A DNA stretch of 5,613 nucleotides from PVC group bacterium (GTDB lineage Bacteria > GCA-001730085 > JADFSZ01): assembly GCA_022560555.1 (NCBI GenBank), contig JADFSZ010000121.1, positions 1 through 5,613 of the forward strand. Reading direction: 5' to 3'. Positions within the stretch are counted from its first letter, which is position 1; each line of letters begins with the position of its first letter. A program made the translations under genes and the position numbers. The notes below the pieces were generated by a model. It saw only the letters and a list, made by a program, of their open reading frames with translations. It did no database searches and was not told the DNA's origin. Below, in pieces: positions 1 through 5,472 of the stretch.

Positions 1-837
1 AGGGAAGCGTATCGCGAGTTTAAAAGCCTTGTGATGCTATGGTCGATTGGGAAAGACAGCACGGTTTTGCTGTGGTTGGCACGGAAGGCTTTTTTTGGTC
101 ATGCTCCGTTCCCCTTGGTGCATATTGATACATCATTTAAGATTCCTGCCATGTGCACGTACAGGGATAAAATTGCGCTTGAATGGAACATCAATATGAT
201 TGTGGGACGAAATCAAGAGGACCTTAAAAACAAAAATACGTTTCCTGACGGGAAGCTAACGCGCCTAGAGTGCTGTAAAGCTCTCAAAAGTGAGCCGCTC
301 AAACATACCCTTTCCGGTGATTGGCCCCGGTACCGTCTTAATCACAAAACAAAGAAGTACGATGTTGATGAAAATACTGAGCCGTATACGGGAGTGATTG
401 TCGGGGCCAGGGCGGATGAAGAAGGCTCGCGCTCCAAGGAGCGGTACTTTTCTCCGCGTGATAAACAAAACGAATGGGACGTCGGAGATCAGCCTCCTGA
501 ATTCTGGAACCAATTCAAGACGGATTTTGCTCCGGGAACACATGTGAGGGTTCATCCTTTGCTGGATTGGACAGAATTGAATATTTGGGAATACATCGAC
601 AGAGAAAATATTCCCATTATCGATCTTTATTTTGATAAAGGAGACGGAAAACGCTATCGTTCTCTTGGGTGTTATCCCTGTACAACTCCGGTTGAATCGA
701 CCGCGAAAAACACAAAAGATATTATTGAAGAATTAAGAAGCGGGAAGTTTTCGAATATCGCGGAAAGATCCGGAAGGGCCCAAGATAAAGAAGACGGTGG
801 CGGGTTGGAAACTTTACGAAGAGATGGGTATATGTAA
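1..837 (+). CDS. cysD: Sulfate adenylyltransferase subunit 2 (CysD), 5'-truncated by the window edge. The frame is open from nt 1 and the stop is TAA at 835-837.
   Basis: Frame 1 is open from nt 1 ([20 protein letters not shown]...). A PP-loop-like SIGKDS motif is present. The protein also has HIDT, GARADEE.SR.KER, DWTE.NIWEYI, RSLGC.P.T..VES and a C-terminal [11 protein letters not shown]...GYM, all of which align with CysD as I remember it. It sits immediately upstream of a cysN-type GTPase, the classic cysDN arrangement. Confidence 0.9.
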   Translation, partial: REAYREFKSLVMLWSIGKDSTVLLWLARKAFFGHAPFPLVHIDTSFKIPAMCTYRDKIALEWNINMIVGRNQEDLKNKNTFPDGKLTRLECCKALKSEPLKHTLSGDWPRYRLNHKTKKYDVDENTEPYTGVIVGARADEEGSRSKERYFSPRDKQNEWDVGDQPPEFWNQFKTDFAPGTHVRVHPLLDWTELNIWEYIDRENIPIIDLYFDKGDGKRYRSLGCYPCTTPVESTAKNTKDIIEELRSGKFSNIAERSGRAQDKEDGGGLETLRRDGYM

Positions 838-857
838 GACAAGTAGCGGAGACTAAA

Positions 858-2735
858 ATGACAGAATTTGAATTTATGGATTGGAAAAGTGAAGGGTCTG
901 GTGTCGTTGAAAGCACTAGGAGTGAGATTGATCAGACTAGGCACAATCGTGAACGGATGGATATTGTCGTTGTCGGGCATGTGGATCACGGAAAAAGCAC
1001 GCTTATTGGGCGGCTTTTAGCGGATACGGGTTCGCTTCCAAAAGGGAAGCTGGATCAAGTTAAGGCCACGTGTGAAAAAAACGCGAAACCGTTTGAATAT
1101 GCCTTTCTTTTGGATGCTTTGAAAGACGAGCAATCCCAGGGTATCACGATTGATACGGCGCGTTGCTTTTTTAAGACTAAGAAACGGGATTACATTATCA
1201 TTGACGCACCGGGCCATATTGAGTTTTTGAAAAACATGATTACAGGCGCGGCCCGCGCGGAAGCTGCTATTCTTGTCATTGACGCGAAAGAAGGTGTGCA
1301 GGAGAATTCCAGACGGCATGGATACATGATGAGCATGCTTGGGATTAAGCAGCTTGTTGTTTGTGTCAACAAAATGGATCTTGTGAACTATTCCGAAGAC
1401 ATCTTTAACAATATTGTCGCGGAATATACAGAATTTTTGGGTCGTATAAAAATGAAGCCGGAGACGTTTATTCCGATTAGTGCCCGTGAGGGTGACGGAT
1501 TGGCACAAAAATCCAAACACATGGCGTGGTATACAGGAAAAACTGTTCTTGAAGTCATGGACCATTTTAAAAAGGAAGCTTCGGAATTGAACAAGCCGTT
1601 TCGCTTTCCGATACAAGATATCTATAAATTTACCAATTTCGATGATGACCGCCGCATTATCGCGGGCCGGGTCGAATCCGGATCTATATCTGTCGGTGAT
1701 GATGTTATCTTTTTCCCATCGGGCAAAATATCAAAAGTGGCTTCATTAGAAAGTTTTAATACTCCGGTTAAAAAGCAGGCCCAAGCGGGAGAAGCCGTGG
1801 GTTTTACGCTTTCAACGCAGATTTATATTCGTCCCGGAGAAATGATGTGCAAAACCAATGATTTGCCGGCCCAAGTTACTTCTCAAATACGTGTCAGCAT
1901 GTTTTGGCTGGGCAGGAGGCCTTTGGTTAAGGGAAAACAATATAAACTTAAAATCTCGACGATGCGGACCTCCGTTTGGTTAGGCGAAATCAATCATATT
2001 TTGGATGCCTCAGAACTTTCTACGGTAAATAATAAAACACAAGTAGATCGTCATGATGTGGCTGAATGTGTTTTGCATACCTTAAAGCCTATCGCGCTTG
2101 ATATTGCCGAGAATATTGCGGCTACGAGCCGTTTTGTTATTGTTGATGATTATGAAATTGCCGGCGGTGGAATTGTTTTGGAAGCGCTCGGAAAAGAGAG
2201 TCAATTGCTTCAGAATCATATCAGTGAGCGTGACCGCAATTGGGACCGCAGCCAAATCACACCCGGCATGCGCGAGGGGAAGAATGGCCAGCGTTCGACA
2301 ATGATCGTGTTCGCGGGATCATCCGGTGTTGGTAAACGACGCCTGGCAAAAGCTCTGGAAGAGGAACTTTTTCGTGCCGGACGTCAAGTGTATTATTTGG
2401 GCTTGTCCAATACCTTTAGCGCCTTGGATCGTGGCGTCACAGAGCAAGGCGAAAGAGACGAGTACTTGCGTCGTTTGGGAGAAATTTCTCACATGTTTAC
2501 GGATGCGGGACTGATTCTGATTACGACTTTACCGGACCCTGATGATGATGATATTGAGATTTTAAAGACTTTGAACGCACCCGCGGATTTAATTCTTGTG
2601 AACGTCGGTGAAAACCGATTTCAAAAGATCAAAACGGATGCCGATTTCCCGAGCGGTGTCAGTGTCGAATCAGCTGTGGCGGATATCCAAGCCCTTCTTC
2701 AAAAGCGCAATGTTCTTATGGAGTATTATCTTTGA
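858..2735 (+). CDS. cysN: Sulfate adenylyltransferase subunit 1 (CysN-type translational-GTPase fold, about aa 1-445) fused to an APS-kinase-like C-terminal domain (about aa 478-625).
   Basis: GGAG at 848-851 lies 6 nt upstream of the ATG at 858. GTPase motifs are G1 GHVDHGKST (aa 39-47), G3 DAPGH (aa 116-120) and G4 NKMD (aa 171-174). The CysN-like segment [28 protein letters not shown] is present. Beta-barrel domains II/III end near [15 protein letters not shown]. The C-terminal part aligns with CysC ([26 protein letters not shown]). Confidence 0.9.
   Translation: MTEFEFMDWKSEGSGVVESTRSEIDQTRHNRERMDIVVVGHVDHGKSTLIGRLLADTGSLPKGKLDQVKATCEKNAKPFEYAFLLDALKDEQSQGITIDTARCFFKTKKRDYIIIDAPGHIEFLKNMITGAARAEAAILVIDAKEGVQENSRRHGYMMSMLGIKQLVVCVNKMDLVNYSEDIFNNIVAEYTEFLGRIKMKPETFIPISAREGDGLAQKSKHMAWYTGKTVLEVMDHFKKEASELNKPFRFPIQDIYKFTNFDDDRRIIAGRVESGSISVGDDVIFFPSGKISKVASLESFNTPVKKQAQAGEAVGFTLSTQIYIRPGEMMCKTNDLPAQVTSQIRVSMFWLGRRPLVKGKQYKLKISTMRTSVWLGEINHILDASELSTVNNKTQVDRHDVAECVLHTLKPIALDIAENIAATSRFVIVDDYEIAGGGIVLEALGKESQLLQNHISERDRNWDRSQITPGMREGKNGQRSTMIVFAGSSGVGKRRLAKALEEELFRAGRQVYYLGLSNTFSALDRGVTEQGERDEYLRRLGEISHMFTDAGLILITTLPDPDDDDIEILKTLNAPADLILVNVGENRFQKIKTDADFPSGVSVESAVADIQALLQKRNVLMEYYL
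2289..2732 (+). other. Degenerate APS-kinase (CysC)-like domain inside the cysN ORF. It has a variant P-loop and lacks the DGD motif and most of the lid region.
   Basis: The P-loop-like GSSGVGKRR (nt 2316-2342) replaces [18 protein letters not shown] replaces YLLDGDNVR. The stretch corresponding to ...DPKGLYKKARAGE..NFTGID... appears to be missing. The domain is about 148 aa, against roughly 175-200 aa for active CysC. The comparison is with E. coli CysC from memory. Confidence 0.6.
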
Positions 2736-2827
2736 GTAGATTCAATTTTACTTTCACACAGTATCTCTGCTAATCGCTACTCAACCATCCTCACAAGTTC
2801 GTATCTATGTGCTCCTATCATGCTCAA

Positions 2828-2849
2828 TCTATTCTAATATTCTCAAGAA
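2828..2849. repeat. Left copy of a 22-nt inverted repeat flanking the regulator gene (TCTATTCTAATATTCTCAAGAA).
   Basis: The reverse complement of 3164-3185 is TCTATTCTAATGTTCTCAAGAA, which gives 21/22 identity by hand alignment. Weaker similarity extends on both sides. Confidence 0.8.
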
Positions 2850-2857
2850 CTTGAGAA
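2840..2857. promoter_or_regulatory. Perfect 8-2-8 palindrome TTCTCAAG-AA-CTTGAGAA. It is a candidate operator overlapping the -35 of the regulator's promoter.
   Basis: The arms TTCTCAAG (2840-2847) and CTTGAGAA (2850-2857) are exact reverse complements. The right arm contains the putative -35 TTGAGA. ArsR/SmtB dimers typically bind inverted repeats in their own promoters. Confidence 0.5.
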
Positions 2858-2879
2858 CACATGTCAAATAGTTTATAAT
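2851..2879 (+). promoter_or_regulatory. Sigma70-type promoter of the ArsR-like gene: -35 TTGAGA (2851-2856), 17-nt spacer, -10 TATAAT (2874-2879).
   Basis: The -10 hexamer is consensus, the -35 matches 5/6, and the spacing is the optimal 17 nt. The predicted TSS near 2885-2888 coincides with the ATG at 2888, which implies a leaderless or nearly leaderless mRNA. Confidence 0.5.
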
Positions 2880-2887
2880 GCTGGATT

Positions 2888-3184
2888 ATGAAAAAGATTA
2901 ATAGGGGAATCGGTACAAGGAATTATCGAAAGCTTGAGCGGGTGGTTAAGGGATTTTCAAATCATCGACGAATAGAGATCCTGGAGTTGATTGCGAGAGA
3001 ATCCGAGATTTCAGTCCGAGAAATATCTAGCGCGCTCAATACTAACTACAAAACTATCTCCGAACATATACGTCGTATGACCATTGCCGGACTCATTATC
3101 AAACGCTCCGCAGGGAGCAGCGTTCGCCATAAAATCACACCACGTGGTGAAACTATTCTTAAATTCTTGAGAACATTAGAATAG
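2888..3184 (+). CDS. ArsR/SmtB-family winged helix-turn-helix transcriptional regulator, 98 aa, with no cysteine.
   Basis: The NHRRIEILELI (alpha1/2) segment, ISVREISSALNTNYKTISEHIRRMTIAGLI (HTH plus recognition helix) and RSAGSSVRHKITPRG (wing) fit the ArsR-family layout. There is no Cys and no ELCVCDL-type metal site. No SD sequence precedes the ATG, which is consistent with a leaderless start. Confidence 0.8.
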   Translation: MKKINRGIGTRNYRKLERVVKGFSNHRRIEILELIARESEISVREISSALNTNYKTISEHIRRMTIAGLIIKRSAGSSVRHKITPRGETILKFLRTLE

Positions 3185-3185
3185 A
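3164..3185. repeat. Right (inverted) copy of the 22-nt repeat (TTCTTGAGAACATTAGAATAGA). It overlaps the last 7 codons (nt 3164-3181 plus the stop) and the TAG stop of the regulator gene.
   Basis: See the left copy. The adjacent inward sequence 3155-3163 (ATTCTTAAA) is a degenerate version of the second palindrome arm (6/9). Confidence 0.8.
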
Positions 3186-3223
3186 TGTTTCATGTTGTTA
3201 GAGATTAGGGTGTTGGATCTTGC

Positions 3224-3253
3224 TTGACAAGAGATTGGGTAATTAAGTACAAT
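3224..3253 (+). promoter_or_regulatory. Sigma70-type promoter of the thi operon: -35 TTGACA (3224-3229), 18-nt spacer, -10 TACAAT (3248-3253).
   Basis: The -35 is consensus and the -10 matches 5/6. The predicted TSS near 3260 falls immediately 5' of the riboswitch P1 strand. Confidence 0.5.
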
Positions 3254-3260
3254 TAAACCC

Positions 3261-3352
3261 AAATGGGGAGCCTGAACAGAAAGGCTGAGAAAGTGGTGTT
3301 TCCGCTGACCCTCGTGACCTGATCTGGGTAATGCCAGCGTAGGGATTCATTT
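3261..3352 (+). promoter_or_regulatory. TPP (thiamine pyrophosphate) riboswitch aptamer, the THI-box.
   Basis: GGGGAGCC...GGCTGAGA (CTGAGA at 3285-3290) and ACCTGATCTGGGTAATGCCAGCGTAGGGA (3317-3345) match the conserved TPP-riboswitch core almost base for base, compared with E. coli thiM from memory. P1 is AAATG (3261-3265) pairing with CATTT (3348-3352). An optional P3a-type hairpin is AGTGG/CCGCT. It lies directly upstream of thiS-thiG-thiH-thiE. Confidence 0.93.
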
Positions 3353-3363
3353 TTAACTCGTTG

Positions 3364-3393
3364 AACCTCTATGCATTGTATGGAGGTTTTTTT
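3364..3393 (+). terminator. Intrinsic terminator forming the riboswitch expression platform.
   Basis: The stem is AACCTCTATG (3364-3373) paired with TATGGAGGTT (3379-3388): 8 Watson-Crick and 2 G-U pairs, with loop CATTG. A run of 7 T spans 3387-3393. It lies between the aptamer and the thiS start. Confidence 0.7.
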
Positions 3394-3403
3394 ATTCTCA
3401 CAC

Positions 3404-3604
3404 ATGAAAATTTATCTTAATGGTAAACTAATAGAGATTGAGCCCCAGGCCTCCCTTGAAGCATGTATAATAATGTTTTGTCCTCAAGCAAAAGACCTGG
3501 TAGCAGAGATCAATACCAATATCGTGAAAAAAGAAAAATGGGAATCCACAGTCCTTAAAGACGGGGATATTGTTGAATTGATTGGGTTTGTTGGAGGTGG
3601 GTAA
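3404..3604 (+). CDS. thiS: Sulfur-carrier protein ThiS, 66 aa.
   Basis: MKIYLNGK...DGDIVELIGFVGGG has the typical ThiS length, the N-terminal M-x-I-x-(L/V)-NG and a C-terminal GG. It sits directly upstream of thiG. The ORF-track start at 3371 lies inside the terminator hairpin, so the in-frame ATG at 3404 is preferred. Confidence 0.85.
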   Translation: MKIYLNGKLIEIEPQASLEACIIMFCPQAKDLVAEINTNIVKKEKWESTVLKDGDIVELIGFVGGG

Positions 3605-3648
3605 TCGTTGATCTATGATCGACGAAGTTCGGAGTAAGGAGTTCCGAG
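3605..3648 (+). other. Two tandem intercistronic hairpins between thiS and thiG.
   Basis: Hairpin 1 pairs TCGTTGATC (3605-3613) with GATCGACGA (3617-3625): 9 bp including one G-U, with loop TAT. Hairpin 2 pairs TCGGA (3629-3633) with TCCGA (3643-3647), flanked by wobble pairs, and its loop contains AAGGAG. Neither is followed by a U-tract. Confidence 0.4.
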
Positions 3649-3675
3649 AAAGACAATTAAAAATAGGATATAGAA

Positions 3676-4440
3676 ATGCAGTCATTGATCATAGACAATT
3701 TTGAGATTCAAAACCGACTTTTAATCGGGACAGGGAAATTTCAGAATAAGTATGATGTCCGGGAAAGTATCATTCAGTCCGGCTCTCAAGTCGTGACTGT
3801 GGCCGTACGTCGGATTGATCTAGAACGTCATGAAGAGAATATCCTCGAATACATTCCGGATGGGGTCAAGCTCATGGTCAATACGTCCGGAGCCCGTAAT
3901 GCCGATGAAGTTATCCGCATCGCTCGTCTCGCGAAAGAATGCGGATATGGAAACTGGATCAAGATCGAAGTTATTGATGACTCAAAATATCTTCTTCCCG
4001 ATAATCAAGAAACCATTCGTGCTACTGAACTGCTAGTAAAAGAAGGTTTTGTTGTATTCCCTTATGTAAGTGCTGATCTCTACGTTGCAAGAGAGTTGGT
4101 CAAAGTGGGTGCGGATACTGTCATGCCTCTAGGCTCATGTATTGGAACTAACCAAGGGCTGAAAGCCGAAGAGTTTATCCAGATCCTTATCAACGAAATT
4201 GAGATTCCTATCATTGTAGATGCCGGTATTGGATGTCCGTCCCACGCGGCAAAAGCCATGGAAATGGGAGCGGACGCCGTTCTCGTCAACACCGCCATCG
4301 CGACGGCCGATAATGCGCCAAACATGGCTAAAGCTTTTTCCAAAGCTATAGAAGCAGGTCGATTGGCCTATGAATCAGGAATTCCAGATTCGCAAAACAT
4401 TGCTTCAGCCTCTTCGCCATTAAGCCATTTATTGTCATAA
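3676..4440 (+). CDS. thiG: Thiazole synthase ThiG.
   Basis: AGGA at 3665-3668 lies 7 nt upstream of the ATG. The protein has [15 protein letters not shown], the catalytic-Lys context WIKIEVI, VMPLGS.IG...[27 protein letters not shown] and is 254 aa, which is classic ThiG. Confidence 0.93.
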   Translation: MQSLIIDNFEIQNRLLIGTGKFQNKYDVRESIIQSGSQVVTVAVRRIDLERHEENILEYIPDGVKLMVNTSGARNADEVIRIARLAKECGYGNWIKIEVIDDSKYLLPDNQETIRATELLVKEGFVVFPYVSADLYVARELVKVGADTVMPLGSCIGTNQGLKAEEFIQILINEIEIPIIVDAGIGCPSHAAKAMEMGADAVLVNTAIATADNAPNMAKAFSKAIEAGRLAYESGIPDSQNIASASSPLSHLLS

Positions 4441-4449
4441 GGGCATACC

Positions 4450-5472
4450 ATGATTGTGACTGATCAAATTCATAGAATCCTCACGGATTCTCGTGAAGCA
4501 ACCTTCGAGAAATTAAAAAAGCAAGCTTCTGACGTGACTCGGCAGTATTTTGGAAGAACAATTTCCCTCTATGCCCCCTTGTACTTGGGGAATTATTGTG
4601 AAAATAATTGTGTCTACTGCGGCTTTTCCAGCCACCATAAAATTCCGCGGACACGTCTCAATGATGCTGAGCTTCATAAAGAAATGAATGTGCTTTCCAA
4701 GCAAGGGATTCAAAATATTCTGATTCTTACAGGCGAATCTGATCGTATGACATCCGTCAATTATATTAAAAACGCTGTCACAATTGCACGACAATATTTT
4801 CCAAATGTTTCTATTGAGATTCAGCCTCTCTTAACAGATGAGTATAGTCAGCTGATAAAAGCAGGAGTAGATGGCCTCGCAGTCTATCAGGAAACATATG
4901 ATCGTGAAATTTATGACACTGTCCATGTATCAGGGAAAAAGAAAGATTACAATTATCGCTACGAAACGCCGGAGCGAGCGGCCCATGCGGGGATGCGATC
5001 AATTTCTATGGGGATTCTTTTAGGATTAGCCCCTCCGGTTGAGGATGTGATTGCCCTTTTTCAGCATCTCAGATTTATGGAAAAAATATATCCGGGGGTG
5101 GAGTATTCTCTGTCATTTCCGCGAATTGTCCCAGTCGAAGATATGGATTACCAACCGATCAAGGTATCAGATGATCTTTTTGTAAAAATCATATGCCTTA
5201 CGCGTATATTGTTCCCAAGAGTTGGAATCAATCTTTCAACGCGTGAGCAACCGGCCATTCGGGATGATATGTTGTCCCTTGTTACGCGCATGTCAGCCGG
5301 GTCATCAACCCTTGTCGGTGGGTATACGCATATTAGAGAAGGTGAGCCTCAATTTGATATTCATGACCACCGAAGTGTCAAAGAAATTGTGCAACTATTA
5401 AAAGACAAAAACTATGACCCTGTTTTTACCGAATGGCGGTGTCTGCATGAAGTCTCAGGCCTTAGAGTCTAA
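4450..5472 (+). CDS. thiH: 2-iminoacetate synthase / tyrosine lyase ThiH (radical SAM).
   Basis: The radical-SAM CxxxCxxC motif is CENNCVYCGF. It follows APLYLGNYC, compared with E. coli PLYLSNLCANDCTYCGF. The protein also has VYQETY, GKKKDY, YSLSFPR and LSTRE. It is collinear with E. coli ThiH from memory but about 35 aa shorter at the N-terminus. Confidence 0.92.
   Translation: MIVTDQIHRILTDSREATFEKLKKQASDVTRQYFGRTISLYAPLYLGNYCENNCVYCGFSSHHKIPRTRLNDAELHKEMNVLSKQGIQNILILTGESDRMTSVNYIKNAVTIARQYFPNVSIEIQPLLTDEYSQLIKAGVDGLAVYQETYDREIYDTVHVSGKKKDYNYRYETPERAAHAGMRSISMGILLGLAPPVEDVIALFQHLRFMEKIYPGVEYSLSFPRIVPVEDMDYQPIKVSDDLFVKIICLTRILFPRVGINLSTREQPAIRDDMLSLVTRMSAGSSTLVGGYTHIREGEPQFDIHDHRSVKEIVQLLKDKNYDPVFTEWRCLHEVSGLRV

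Noticed and set aside
1017-1616. A 199-aa ORF on the minus strand, antisense to cysN. Similar antisense ORFs occur at 265-555, 672-989, 722-916, 1190-1372 and 1388-1594.
   Set aside because: All are fully nested in, or overlap, strongly supported cysD/cysN coding sequence. Their composition is low-complexity and rich in F, R and K, typical of antisense translation. They have no recognisable motifs and no SD sequence. Long antisense ORFs of this kind are a common artefact.
2098-2514. Plus-strand out-of-frame ORFs 2098-2304 and 2326-2514 inside cysN, and 3830-4036 inside thiG.
   Set aside because: They lie in alternative frames within genes whose annotated frame has clear family motifs throughout, and they carry no independent signal.
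2734-2782. Pairing of GAGTAG (2734-2739) with CTACTC (2777-2782) as a cysN terminator.
   Set aside because: The stem is only 6 bp, encloses a loop of about 37 nt, and has no U-tract, so it is not a credible intrinsic terminator.
2819-3194. The IR-bounded regulator cassette as a MITE or miniature mobile element.
   Set aside because: I found no target-site duplication next to either IR boundary. The flanks are GCTCAA versus TGTTTC for the core repeat and CCTAT versus TTGTT for the extended one. There is no transposase, and the right IR is part of the coding sequence. I keep this only as a low-probability alternative in the finding and do not call it a mobile element.
3236-3332. The 8-mer TGGGTAAT occurring both in the thi promoter spacer (3236-3243) and in the riboswitch core (3325-3332).
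   Set aside because: The match is short, and one copy is part of the universally conserved aptamer sequence. This is most likely coincidence.
3371-3403. A longer ThiS form (77 aa) starting at the ATG at 3371, as in the ORF track.
   Set aside because: The ATGs at 3371 and 3380 lie within the terminator stem-loop of the riboswitch. The extension MHCMEVFLFSH has no counterpart in ThiS. MKIYLNG from 3404 gives the canonical 66-aa protein.
3636-3641. A hidden small ORF driven by the strong AAGGAG in the thiS-thiG spacer.
   Set aside because: There is no ATG, GTG or TTG within a workable distance downstream. The following sequence is TTCCGAGAAAGACAATTAAAAATAGG.
3428-3685. Minus-strand ORFs antisense to thiS (3428-3685), thiG (4080-4343) and thiH (4513-4794, 4811-5002).
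   Set aside because: They are antisense to confidently identified thi genes and have no motifs and no plausible promoter or RBS context.
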